Assembly (NCBI GenBank): GCA_017601225.1
Contig: JAFNIX010000005.1
Coordinates: forward strand, 55,831-119,830
Direction: 5' to 3'
Source of the DNA: Candidatus Brockarchaeota archaeon
GTDB lineage: Archaea; Thermoproteota; EX4484-205; JAAOZP01
DNA: 64,000 nucleotides
Shown: in pieces, positions 37,559 through 47,447 of the stretch
Layout: the number at the start of each line of letters is the position of its first letter
Numbering within the stretch: the stretch's first letter is position 1
The notes under the pieces: model-generated
Seen by the model: the letters and a program-made list of their open reading frames with translations, nothing else
Database searches by the model: none
What the model was told of the DNA's origin: nothing
Translations under genes and position numbers: made by a program

Positions 37559-38758
37559 CTAAGGCGGAGGCCTTTTTCCAAGAGTCACCGGTACAACCAG
37601 CTTCCGGCCCTCTCTGATAATCGTCAGATTAACCGTCTTTCCCGGGTAAGTGTATTCCTCCAGTATCCTAGCGATGTCATCACTATTCTTAACGGGATGC
37701 TCATCAATGGAAATAATCAGGTCTCCACCAACTTTTATCTCTGATCCTAGAACGGTCATGGTCTTGGTTCCTCCTTTAAGACCAGCCTTATCCGATGGGC
37801 CTTCAGGGATAATTTCTTGAATAAGCCAGCCATACGTAACGTTCAACCCTGCTGCCCTAGCAATGTAGTAGTTTACGTTAATACCCTTTAAGCCAAGCCA
37901 CGGATGCATATCGTAGCCACCTGTCTTCACCAAGTATGACAGTTCTCTCAGAATCGTGTTAGACGGGATTGCGAAACCCACACCCTGACTGTCTCTTATT
38001 ATGGCAGTGTTCATCCCAACCACTTCACCCTTAGCGTTAAGCAACGGTCCGCCAGAGTTACCAGGGTTTATCGGCGCGCTTGTCTGAATAATGTTCGCTA
38101 TAGCATAGCCTCCTGTGAACTCGCTTGTTATTGTTCTGCCAAGCTGGCTGACAACGCCTGTCGTCATTGTGCCTGTTAATCCAAACGGGTTCCCTATTGC
38201 TATCACCAGGTCCCCGACTCTCAGACTGCTGCTGAAAGTCATGTTTAGAGGGTGGTATAGCTCAAAAGGGGCTGAGCAATTCAACACGGCTAGGTCGCTG
38301 TAGGGGTCGGTGCCTACTAATTGAGCAGGATAGCTTTCCCCATTGTAAAAGGTTACTGTAAGATTGCTCGCCCCCCTCACCACATGGTAGTTCGTTAAAA
38401 TGTAGTGTGATTCGCCGTGTTTCACTACGAAGCCTGAGCCTAGGCCGACATCCTCGCTTAAAAAAGACTTAGCTAAGCCCGTCACCATTACAACGCCTCT
38501 GATGGTTTTCTCATAAAGTTCGGTGAAGCTTACGTTAAAGTAGACTGTGCTTGGGCTTAGCTGAGCATCTTTAATTCTGCTAACCTCCTCGCTTAACCGT
38601 TTCACCGCAAAGTCTAGGTTTTCAACCTTATCGTTAAGCTGAGTTAACTCTGAATAAAGGAAGAAGAGCGAAACTATCAGCCCAGCAGCTATAAAGCCAA
38701 TCATTATGAATACTGCAAGCCAATGTTTAGAGTAGATTACCACGGTTTCCTGAGTCAT
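37559..38758 (-). CDS. Membrane-anchored HtrA/DegP-like serine protease with PDZ domain
   Basis: N-terminal TM, TNYHV, DLAVL, GNPFG, PGNSGGPL, C-terminal PDZ. Confidence 0.93.
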   Translation of the reverse strand: MTQETVVIYSKHWLAVFIMIGFIAAGLIVSLFFLYSELTQLNDKVENLDFAVKRLSEEVSRIKDAQLSPSTVYFNVSFTELYEKTIRGVVMVTGLAKSFLSEDVGLGSGFVVKHGESHYILTNYHVVRGASNLTVTFYNGESYPAQLVGTDPYSDLAVLNCSAPFELYHPLNMTFSSSLRVGDLVIAIGNPFGLTGTMTTGVVSQLGRTITSEFTGGYAIANIIQTSAPINPGNSGGPLLNAKGEVVGMNTAIIRDSQGVGFAIPSNTILRELSYLVKTGGYDMHPWLGLKGINVNYYIARAAGLNVTYGWLIQEIIPEGPSDKAGLKGGTKTMTVLGSEIKVGGDLIISIDEHPVKNSDDIARILEEYTYPGKTVNLTIIREGRKLVVPVTLGKRPPP

Positions 38759-38857
38759 TCTGGCTTAAGTCATGCAAACGCTTCCTAAAAAAATTTCCCG
38801 AGACAAATCCCTGGAAGAGTAAGCCCGCCCTATAGTACTGAAAAAAGAATCTGGACG

Positions 38858-40063
38858 CTACTTCTCTTGCTCCCTCTTACCATAGAGCTGGTATGGTAAA
38901 GCGTAGAGCTTAACCGCTCCAGTAGCATCTCTCTGGTCGAAGCCAGCCTTCTTAATAGATCTTAACTCTGGTGAGAAGAGACTGTATTTAGACTCTCTAC
39001 CAACAACCTCCACGTTACCCTTGTAAAGCTTCACGTCAAGCCTCCCGGAAACATATTTTTGCGTAGAGTCTATGAAAGCGTCGAGATCCCTCCTCAACGG
39101 GTGGAACCACATTCCATGGTAAACTATTTCAGCCCAAATCTTGTCTATCTCCCTCTTAACTTTCAGCTGCTCCTTAGTAAGGGTTAACTGTTCAAGGTTT
39201 CCATGAGTACTTAAGAGTATTGTTGCAGCCGGCGCCTCGTAAAGCTCTCTGGATTTTAAACCTAGTATACCGTCTTCAATTATGTCTATTCTCCCAACGC
39301 CGTGTTGCCCACCAATCCTGTTCAGATAGAGTATTATTTCAACAGGGTCTTTTACCCCATCTACTTCGACAGGAACCCCTTTCTCATAGGTTATTTGAAT
39401 CTTCTGCGGAGTGTCTGGAGCCTTCTCAGGATGGACGGCCCAGATATAGTCCTCAGGGTACTGTGTGTAAAGGTCTTCAACCTGCCCGCTCCCAATGGAG
39501 TGAGACCACATGTTCACGTCTCCACCCAGCTTCCCCTTAGGCTTCTTAGGCTCAATACCGTGTTTCCTGAGGATCTCCTCCTCTTCAAACCTTGAGAGGT
39601 TCAGCTCTCTAACTGGCGCTATCACCTTCAGGTTTGGATCAACATATTTAACTGCAACCTCCATCCTGAACTGGTCGTTACCCTTGCCTGTGCAACCGTG
39701 TGCAACAGCCTCAGCCCCCTCTTTCTTAGCTATTTCAGCCGCCTTCGAAGCAATCAGAACCCTAGTCATAGAGGTTCCAACCGGGTAGCCCCCGTAGCTC
39801 CCGTTAGCCTTGATGCATCTGAATATGTATTCGGTGGCGAACTCGTGCTTAGCATCTATGAAACGTATCTTTAAACCCAGCTTCTCAGCTCTTTCATACG
39901 CGATCCTGATCTCCTCCTCTCCTTGGCCAACGTCGACAAGAACAGGAATCACTTCATCATAGCCATACTTCTCTTTCAACAGTATAGTTATTAGTGTGGA
40001 GTCAAGGCCGCCTGAGTATGTTGAAACAACTTTCCCCGGCATTTCGAGAGTGGTGTGTCCCAC
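38858..40063 (-). CDS. argG: Argininosuccinate synthase (start may be ATG 40042)
   Basis: YSGGLDS, HGCTGKGNDQ.R, GLKSRE.YEAP. Confidence 0.95.
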   Translation of the reverse strand: MGHTTLEMPGKVVSTYSGGLDSTLITILLKEKYGYDEVIPVLVDVGQGEEEIRIAYERAEKLGLKIRFIDAKHEFATEYIFRCIKANGSYGGYPVGTSMTRVLIASKAAEIAKKEGAEAVAHGCTGKGNDQFRMEVAVKYVDPNLKVIAPVRELNLSRFEEEEILRKHGIEPKKPKGKLGGDVNMWSHSIGSGQVEDLYTQYPEDYIWAVHPEKAPDTPQKIQITYEKGVPVEVDGVKDPVEIILYLNRIGGQHGVGRIDIIEDGILGLKSRELYEAPAATILLSTHGNLEQLTLTKEQLKVKREIDKIWAEIVYHGMWFHPLRRDLDAFIDSTQKYVSGRLDVKLYKGNVEVVGRESKYSLFSPELRSIKKAGFDQRDATGAVKLYALPYQLYGKREQEK

Positions 40064-40145
40064 CTTCCCCTATTTAAGTTGTTCTATGAAGTTATGACTC
40101 TTTCAGCATAAAACCAATATACTGGCGCCTCCTTACATTTTCGGA

Positions 40146-40355
40146 ATGGTTGAAGAGTGGGTTGTCGTTGGGCCGCATGAATACTTGGCTGAGAAGGCTG
40201 ATCTTGAAGAACTTGAGAGAAAGGTCTACGAGGTTCTTAAGAATAGGAAGTGCATGCCTCTGTCTGCAATATGGAGATCAGTCCCCTGCCACCTATGGGA
40301 GCTCGACGCAGTTTTGAAAAGACTTAAGGATAAAGGTCTGGTTACAGAGGAATGA
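40146..40355 (+). CDS. Small winged-helix-like protein
   Basis: 69 aa; E.KVYEVL....LS.I....L..VLKRL..KGLV pattern. Confidence 0.5.
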   Translation: MVEEWVVVGPHEYLAEKADLEELERKVYEVLKNRKCMPLSAIWRSVPCHLWELDAVLKRLKDKGLVTEE

Positions 40356-40364
40356 AGAGAGTTA

Positions 40365-41432
40365 ATGAGGATTGATTGCGATGCTCTAATAGTTGGAGGC
40401 GGGCCTTCCGGCCTTTCAACAGGCTTATTCATTTCTAAAAAGGGTTTTAAAACCATAATTCTTGAGGAGCACAATGAAGTTGGCAGGCCTGAGCAGTGCG
40501 CTGGTCTTGTAAGCTGGAGGATAGGCTGGCTTCCGCAACACCTTGTTTTAAACAAGGTTGACACCGCGAGGTTCTGCCTCGGGAAGGAGAGTTTTGAAGT
40601 ATATTCTAAGAAAGAAATGCTCGTGATAGATAGGGCTGGCTACGATAAGTATCTTGCTGAAAATGCTTTGACAGAAGGGGTTGAGATTAGGCTCGGCGAG
40701 AGAGTAGTAGGGCTGAAGGAAGGATGCGTGGTTACGAGTAAAGGGGGTCACTACTCTGGAAGAATACTTGTAGGCGCTGATGGGCCTAACTCTATTGTTG
40801 CAAGACTGGCTGGTTTAAAGCAACCTAATAACCTTCTCTTCGCTCTTCAATGTGTAGCCAACGGTGTCTTCGAACAGGATGTTGTTGAGCTGAGGTTTGA
40901 CCCAGAGTTTTCAAGGGATGTTTTCGCTTGGGTCATTCCTTTAAGCAGGAGCAAGGCGAGAGTAGGGCTTTTAACGAGTGATAATCCTTGGCCGAGGCTA
41001 AGGCTTCTCTTGAAGAGGCTGAACATAGGGTATAGTTGCGGCGGGCTTATAGGGGACTCAATAAGATTCGGAATAATGAGAAGAACCTCTTCCAGAAGGG
41101 TTATTCTCGTCGGTGATGCTGCATGCCAAGTTAAGCCTTTCTCGCTAGGCGGTCTTGTCTACAGCAGGATCTGTAGTAGAATAGCTGGGGATGCTTGCAC
41201 AGCTGCCCTTGAAAGAAACTTTTTTAGCGAGGACTTCATGGCTGAAATATATGATTCTGTTTGGAGGAAAACTATTGGTGGGGCTTTGAAAAAAGGGCTT
41301 AGGATGCGGAGGTTTTTCAACACCGTGAGGCGAATACCCGTTTCATTCACGTTGACGAGGATTCTGGGGTTAAGCCTACTCGCAGGCAGGGTTCTTGACC
41401 CTGATTTCCTTAGAAACAGCCCTGTCTATTAA
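40365..41432 (+). CDS. Geranylgeranyl reductase family FAD oxidoreductase
   Basis: IVGGGPSG, P.QCAG, DR..YD, GADG..S, WVIP, VGDAA.QVKP. Confidence 0.85.
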   Translation: MRIDCDALIVGGGPSGLSTGLFISKKGFKTIILEEHNEVGRPEQCAGLVSWRIGWLPQHLVLNKVDTARFCLGKESFEVYSKKEMLVIDRAGYDKYLAENALTEGVEIRLGERVVGLKEGCVVTSKGGHYSGRILVGADGPNSIVARLAGLKQPNNLLFALQCVANGVFEQDVVELRFDPEFSRDVFAWVIPLSRSKARVGLLTSDNPWPRLRLLLKRLNIGYSCGGLIGDSIRFGIMRRTSSRRVILVGDAACQVKPFSLGGLVYSRICSRIAGDACTAALERNFFSEDFMAEIYDSVWRKTIGGALKKGLRMRRFFNTVRRIPVSFTLTRILGLSLLAGRVLDPDFLRNSPVY

Positions 41433-41505
41433 AATGTATGCGTTAAAACGGTTGCGAAGCTTTAGAAAAGGCTTATTAGGATTTAGATATACTTTCGAAA
41501 GTCCT

Positions 41506-42309
41506 GTGAAAATAAGGGAAATCGAGTGTAAGACACTGCTGAATAGAAGTGCTATTGCAGACTACTGCGTAAACCCGTACGTTGGCTGTCAGCATGGGTG
41601 TAGATACTGCTATGCGGCAGGAATAACCTTTAGGTTTAGGAGAAATAAAGAAGAGTGGGGTGAGTTTCTCGACGTTAAGACTAATGCCTTAAAGATCCTT
41701 TCAAGGGAGGTTGAGAAGAAGAAGGCTGGAAAAGTATACTTGAGTTCACTCACCGACCCTTATCAGCCTGTTGAGAAGAAATACGAGTTGACGCGTAAAA
41801 TTCTTGAGACGTTTGTTCAAAAAGGGTTTCCCGTGATTGTTCAAACCAAGTCAAACCTTGTTGTGAGAGACCTGGATGTTTTGAAGAGGAACAAGCTTAA
41901 TGAGGTTGGGGTTACGGTGGTTACATTGGACGAGGAAGTCAGAAAGGATTTCGAGCCGGCTTCCTCAAGTTCTGAGGAGAGGCTTGAAGCAATCAGGCTT
42001 GCCAAGGAGAACGGTTTGAGAACATATGTTTTCTTCGGACCAATGCTTCCATTTATTTCAGAAACCGATTTAGAAGGTTCTTTGAAAAGGTTTAGGGAGG
42101 CGGGGGCGGACTATGTTTATATTGACAGGCTTAACCTGAGGCCAATGGTTTGGAGCATGGTTTCAAAAGTTATCTTGAAAAAATACCCGGAACTATATGG
42201 TGAATGGAAAAGAATACTTTTTTCAGACTCCTCTTACTATGATGAAGTTAAGAAGAAAGTCTTTGAAGCTTCTAAAAAAATCGGTTTGGAACTGGTTTTC
42301 TGCTATTAA
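41506..42309 (+). CDS. Radical SAM protein, spore photoproduct lyase-like family
   Basis: NPYVGCQHGCRYCYA, TDPYQP.E, TKS; GTG start at 41506 preferred. Confidence 0.85.
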   Translation: MKIREIECKTLLNRSAIADYCVNPYVGCQHGCRYCYAAGITFRFRRNKEEWGEFLDVKTNALKILSREVEKKKAGKVYLSSLTDPYQPVEKKYELTRKILETFVQKGFPVIVQTKSNLVVRDLDVLKRNKLNEVGVTVVTLDEEVRKDFEPASSSSEERLEAIRLAKENGLRTYVFFGPMLPFISETDLEGSLKRFREAGADYVYIDRLNLRPMVWSMVSKVILKKYPELYGEWKRILFSDSSYYDEVKKKVFEASKKIGLELVFCY

Positions 42310-42392
42310 ATACTCGTAGCATGTTACAACTCTATTAAGGCAATGGCCTCCTGGCCCTCGCGGAGGGTGTCAGAATAGGTTTTTAAACGCGT

Positions 42393-43913
42393 TTGGTTTG
42401 TTTGAAAAAAGATGTGAGTGGCATCAGGCTGAAGTACTCTGGGCTGGTAAACTTCGCCTCAAGGATGATTTCCGTCCTAACAGGCTTATTGTTTACGATG
42501 CTTGTAACTAGGAGGCTTACCGAAGAGCTTTTCGGAACCTGGCAGTTCTACGCAAGCCTGTTAAGCTATTTCACAATACCTTCAAGCATTGCAAACTACT
42601 GGCTTACCAGGTTTACGGGAAGAGGGAAACCGGTTGCGAAGTCAGGAGTCCTGTTCAACAGCATGGTTTCACTGGTTTCAGCAACATTCTTCACAGTCTT
42701 GTCTCCAGTTTTCGCGTCAAGTGTAAGCATCGACCTGCCGACAATCCTCGCATTCATAGTGTGGATCATAGCCATACATCACACGTCCAGCTTGGAATCA
42801 GTATGCCATGGGGTTGAACCGCATATAGTAGGGTATGGGACCGTCTTTTTCGAAGTGTCTAAGGTGATTATCGGAGTTACGCTAGTCGGATACTTCAAAC
42901 TATCTCTTTTCGGGGCTGTTCTTTCAGTAGACTTGGCTCTAATTATTCAGGCTCTATATTACTCGCTGAGGCTGTCAAAACATCTTAAGGGTTCATTTCT
43001 GCCGAATGAGGTGGGCCGATGGTTTAGAATGGGCTGGATACCTTTGGCGTCAATCGCCCCTGGAATAGTGTATTCTCAGGATGCTCTCGTCTTAACGCTG
43101 TTAACCGGGTCCCTGCTTCCAGTAGCATACATCAGGGCTGCAAACATTTTTGCCGGTGTGATACTTTTCGCAGGGTCTCTAGCAATAGGGCTATATCCGA
43201 AACTCCTATCCGGCGGAACAGGTAGAGATATTGAGGATTCGCTGGAGCTCGTGCTGCTTTTCCTAATACCCATGACACTCGGACAATTGATTCTTGCAGA
43301 GCCTCTACTATACCTTTTAAGAGAAGGCTATGCACCTGTACATAATGTTCTTAGAGTAATGGCTTTATGCTCCGCAATCACCGTGATGAAAAGTTTTTTC
43401 TCAACGGTCATATTGGGCGTTGAAAATATCGATGTTAATGAGAACGCCTCGTGGAAAAAACTAGTCAACTCGTATCTCATGAGGATCCCGTTAATCGACC
43501 TTTCTGGTTCAATTGTTTACGTAACAGTAGCCGCGATTATTGCTGAAATATTGAATGATTTAAAGAGCCCACTGATATTGTTCTCTCTATTTGCAGCCTT
43601 ATGCTACTTGCTGGTTAATCTTTCCATAATGCTTTACTATTTACGGCTCTCTAGGAGACTTGTCGTCTTCAGTTTAGATTTTAGGAGAATATTTAAACTT
43701 GTTATTTCGGGGATAGTGATGTCAAGTGTGCTACTAGCACTTTATCCCGAATCGGCTAAAAGCGAGCAGATAATGATTGTATTAACATCCTTGATGCCCG
43801 TCATCCTAGTGGGCATAATTGTTTATTTCACCACTTTGTGTCTGATAGATCGTGAATCCCGCGAGATGTTTAAAACTATTTTAGACTGGTTTCTAGCAAA
43901 GAAACCTATTTAA
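42393..43913 (+). CDS. Oligosaccharide flippase (Wzx/MOP family)
   Basis: About 14 TMs, VTRRLT...FG.W N-terminal pattern. Confidence 0.7.
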   Translation: MVCLKKDVSGIRLKYSGLVNFASRMISVLTGLLFTMLVTRRLTEELFGTWQFYASLLSYFTIPSSIANYWLTRFTGRGKPVAKSGVLFNSMVSLVSATFFTVLSPVFASSVSIDLPTILAFIVWIIAIHHTSSLESVCHGVEPHIVGYGTVFFEVSKVIIGVTLVGYFKLSLFGAVLSVDLALIIQALYYSLRLSKHLKGSFLPNEVGRWFRMGWIPLASIAPGIVYSQDALVLTLLTGSLLPVAYIRAANIFAGVILFAGSLAIGLYPKLLSGGTGRDIEDSLELVLLFLIPMTLGQLILAEPLLYLLREGYAPVHNVLRVMALCSAITVMKSFFSTVILGVENIDVNENASWKKLVNSYLMRIPLIDLSGSIVYVTVAAIIAEILNDLKSPLILFSLFAALCYLLVNLSIMLYYLRLSRRLVVFSLDFRRIFKLVISGIVMSSVLLALYPESAKSEQIMIVLTSLMPVILVGIIVYFTTLCLIDRESREMFKTILDWFLAKKPI

Positions 43914-43918
43914 ACGGC

Positions 43919-44875
43919 TTATTCTAATGCGGCAGCCAAGGCACCGTGGAGAACCACGTCTTCCCCAAGTGGAGTTATCTTTATCTCCGGCAATCTGTTC
44001 ATAGCGTATTTTGAAACGTTTTTCTTCACTGGGTTGAGTACAAATTCGCTGTTGAAAAGAGCAACTGAGCCGCCGACTGTTATCAGCTCAGGATCATATG
44101 CGTTTATAATGTTAGCGAAGCCAATTGCGTTAAGTAACCCGATTTCCTCAATGATCCTGAGCGCAAATTCGTCGCCTCCCCTAGCGGCGTCGAAAAGCAT
44201 TTTAGAAGTAGCCTTTGAAAAATCCTCTTGGAAATACTTTCTAAGGGAACTCTTATTGAAATCTACGCCCCATTCTTTCAAGAGCAGCCTAGCATAATTG
44301 ACCATTCCGCTTCCACTGCAATATGCTTCCCAATGTCCAAGCTTTCCGCATCCACATTCGAGAAGCCCCTCCTTATCAACTACAATGTGGCCAACCTCAT
44401 GTGCATTGCCATCTTTTCCAAGCAGAAGATGTCCATCAACTATTGCTCCACCACCTATCCCGGTGCTTATCGTAACGTAGACAATGTTTTCAAGATTCCT
44501 GCCGGCTCCAAATCTTTTTTCCCCGAGGACGGCTGCAACACAATCGTTCAAAAGTCTAACAGGCACGTTAAAATGTTTTTCAATGCCTTCCACAATGGGA
44601 ATTGTGCCCACCCGCAGATTAGGAGGGTTGACGATCAGGCCTTTCTTTAAGTCAAGCGGGCCTATCGATCCCACTCCAACTGCTTTCAGGTTTTTATCCG
44701 TAAATCCTAGATAGTTAAGAGCACTTTCACCCATTTCAACAATCTGCTTCACAATATCCGCCCCAGTCACACCTGTTGTTCTCTCTGATTTTTTTAGAAG
44801 AATTTTTCCATTTGCGTCTGATAAGGCAACTCTAACGTTGGATGCCCCAAGATCCACTCCAAGCACTACGCTCAA
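43919..44875 (-). CDS. ROK family sugar kinase
   Basis: GVDLGAS, ND, GE..FG, STGIGGG, EVGH, CGCG..GHWE.Y.SG. Confidence 0.92.
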   Translation of the reverse strand: MSVVLGVDLGASNVRVALSDANGKILLKKSERTTGVTGADIVKQIVEMGESALNYLGFTDKNLKAVGVGSIGPLDLKKGLIVNPPNLRVGTIPIVEGIEKHFNVPVRLLNDCVAAVLGEKRFGAGRNLENIVYVTISTGIGGGAIVDGHLLLGKDGNAHEVGHIVVDKEGLLECGCGKLGHWEAYCSGSGMVNYARLLLKEWGVDFNKSSLRKYFQEDFSKATSKMLFDAARGGDEFALRIIEEIGLLNAIGFANIINAYDPELITVGGSVALFNSEFVLNPVKKNVSKYAMNRLPEIKITPLGEDVVLHGALAAALE

Positions 44876-44904
44876 CTTGTTTAAAACTTGCAGTATAGTC
44901 TGAT

Positions 44905-45261
44905 TTATCCTTTTATCATCCTGATAAAGCTCTTAAACTGCCTCTTTAAATCCTTTAAATCGTCTAGGAAAATCCTGAATCCAACGGTTACAGTACTTGA
45001 ACTAAGCTTCCAAGGGATGCTTGCAAGGCCTGTTTCATATATGAGCATCATTAGGTTTTGGACTGAAAAGGTTAATACTCCGACTACAGCAACTATTACT
45101 CCGATCAACCAATGGTGAATTCTAAGCCCTCTTACTGAGAACTCGTAATTCTTAGTTTTAACTCTGTTTAGAACTATTCTCGTAGCCTTGTCCATTGCCC
45201 AGAATAGTGTTAGGGATTGTGTTGTGCTGAACAGGATTATTGGAACATCCGCCGGCAGCAT
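44905..45261 (-). CDS. Hypothetical small membrane protein
   Basis: Only plausible ORF here; RIHHWLIG followed by a TM. Confidence 0.55.
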   Translation of the reverse strand: MLPADVPIILFSTTQSLTLFWAMDKATRIVLNRVKTKNYEFSVRGLRIHHWLIGVIVAVVGVLTFSVQNLMMLIYETGLASIPWKLSSSTVTVGFRIFLDDLKDLKRQFKSFIRMIKG

Positions 45262-45425
45262 ATTTGAAGTTTTAACATGCTTAGTTAAAAACCTTTCTAA
45301 AGGTATCAGTGATCTAAATGTCTTTTTTTAAACATTAATGCTATCATTTTTACTGTTTTCAGTTTTTTAACAATATGGCCTCACTGTTTCCATTCTCTTT
45401 TTCTAGGATAAGAGTTCATGAGACG

Positions 45426-46145
45426 TTAATACAGTTTTCTATAGTATCTTTTTTCAGGCGGAACCCTTCTTTTGAGAAGTTCGCTAAAAACATTGTAAAG
45501 CCATTCGTAGAAGCTTCTGCCAAAACCATACTTCTCATATCTTCTCATTGAGAAGTACACTCTAAGCCCCCCGTCAAACATTATTCTCCCAACCTTCCTC
45601 ATTCTGAATTGAAGGCCATAGTCATCCCCCGCACCTACTGCCGGAAAACCCTTCATAACCATGAAGGGTCTCTTTCTAAAAGCAGTGTTGGCGCCGACAC
45701 TCAGGTATATCTTAAACCTGTAAAGGATTTTCACGAAAACATTATTCAACTCTATCAGAAAAGTATTTTTAAAATTCCTCTCTATCGGTGTTACCACGCC
45801 ATACACCATAACGATATCTTGGTGAGTTTTAAAATCGTGGATTATTCGCTCAAGCAGGTTGGGCGTAACCATGCAGTCCGCGTCGGTTGTGAAAACTATG
45901 TCTGCCTCCGCATTTTTCACTCCATCGTTTCTCGCTCCTCCAACTGTAGGAGTCTCCTGCATCACTATCTTGTCAACATACTTTCTACATATTTCTAAGG
46001 TTTTGTCTCTGCTCCCCCCATCTACGATGATGATCTCATAGTCTGCCCTAGGTATTGTTTGCCAGCTTAGCGATATAAGAAGTTTTTCAACATATTTTTC
46101 CTCGTTGAACGTTGGTATTACTATGGATATCTTCTTGCTAACCAA
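45426..46145 (-). CDS. Glycosyltransferase family 2
   Basis: SIVIPTFNEE, VDGGSRD, ARN.G, DAD; TTG start at 46145 preferred. Confidence 0.9.
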   Translation of the reverse strand: MVSKKISIVIPTFNEEKYVEKLLISLSWQTIPRADYEIIIVDGGSRDKTLEICRKYVDKIVMQETPTVGGARNDGVKNAEADIVFTTDADCMVTPNLLERIIHDFKTHQDIVMVYGVVTPIERNFKNTFLIELNNVFVKILYRFKIYLSVGANTAFRKRPFMVMKGFPAVGAGDDYGLQFRMRKVGRIMFDGGLRVYFSMRRYEKYGFGRSFYEWLYNVFSELLKRRVPPEKRYYRKLY

Positions 46146-46306
46146 TCCTGCTTGCTTAATCAAATAAAACCCCATATTTAAAAATGGGCTGCTGTGAAAA
46201 CACGATTTTTCCCCAAGAAATACCATTAAATTGTTTAACACCGGGTTTCCACGGTCTTTTTCAACTACCGATAAAAGTTTATAAAAACGTTGCTTGAAAC
46301 AGTACT

Positions 46307-47368
46307 ATGACTAGCGGTTATAAAAAAGCATTCTGGGTTAATCCGAGACCTATTGCCCAAAATCCTGAGAAACATGTTAGGGAAATTGTGGAGATGGGTG
46401 CAGATGAAATTTTTCTGCTAAGCATAGATGGCGAAGGAGCTCTTTACCCCGCCAAGTTTTCAGTTGTTGCAAAGGGGGTTGCTGAAAGAAGCTTGATAGG
46501 AGACATTATAAGGGAGGCGAAGAGAAGTGGGTTGAAGGTTCATGCTTGGGTGGTTGCTTTAAACAAGCCGAACGATGAGCTGGCTGCTAAAAGGAAGGAC
46601 TGGTTTGTAGTCAGCAGGGAGGGGAAGAGCTGTGTTGACAACCCGCCCTACGTTGAAAGCTACAAATGGCTTTGCCCGTCGAATGACGAGGTTAAAAGCT
46701 ACTTCACTGGGACGATTCAGGAGCTTATGGAGACTTACGACTTGGACGGGGTTCATCTAGACTATATTAGGCTTCCGGATATTTTCCTCCCTGAAGCGTT
46801 AAGAGAAAGATACGGGTTGGAAAGGGAGATAGATGTATACAGGGAGAAGTATGACTTCTGCTACTGTGAAAAATGTAGAAATGGGTTTAAGAAAGAGTTT
46901 GGCATAGATCCTTTCGAAATCAGATTCGGTTCGAGAAAATGGTATGAGTGGCATGCATGGAGAGCTGAAAGGATTACTGAAATAGTTAAAAACTTTCATA
47001 GGGTTGTGAAAAAATATGATAATACTATTGAGACTTCAGCCGCTGTTTTCGCAACACCGGGATATGCGTACAGGATTGTTTTCCAAAAGTGGTGCGAATG
47101 GCCGCTTGACAGTTTCGAACCAATGATATACCATGAATACTATGGGAAAAACATAAGATGGATTGGCGAAGCAGTCATGGAAGGTGTTTCATGCGGCAAA
47201 ATGATAGTCGCCGGAATACAGTTTGAATTCCTAAGGAGCAAAAGGGATGTGGAGGAAGCCGTGAACGTAGCATTAGAAAGAGGCTCCAACGGGGTTTGCT
47301 TCTTCCTATACCCGTTGCAGCATCCTGAGCTGAAGGATGCGGTGAAAGAGGCGTTTTCAAGGTTCTAA
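46307..47368 (+). CDS. GHL10/DUF187-like glycoside hydrolase
   Basis: GLKVHAW, WLCPS, YDLDGVHLDYIR, SAAVF, PMIYH. Confidence 0.8.
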   Translation: MTSGYKKAFWVNPRPIAQNPEKHVREIVEMGADEIFLLSIDGEGALYPAKFSVVAKGVAERSLIGDIIREAKRSGLKVHAWVVALNKPNDELAAKRKDWFVVSREGKSCVDNPPYVESYKWLCPSNDEVKSYFTGTIQELMETYDLDGVHLDYIRLPDIFLPEALRERYGLEREIDVYREKYDFCYCEKCRNGFKKEFGIDPFEIRFGSRKWYEWHAWRAERITEIVKNFHRVVKKYDNTIETSAAVFATPGYAYRIVFQKWCEWPLDSFEPMIYHEYYGKNIRWIGEAVMEGVSCGKMIVAGIQFEFLRSKRDVEEAVNVALERGSNGVCFFLYPLQHPELKDAVKEAFSRF

Positions 47369-47447
47369 TACTTACTAGCCTGCAACCATCTATCAGTTGC
47401 CTATGTACAAGTTAGATTAAAATATGCTTCTCACTCGAAGGGTACTG

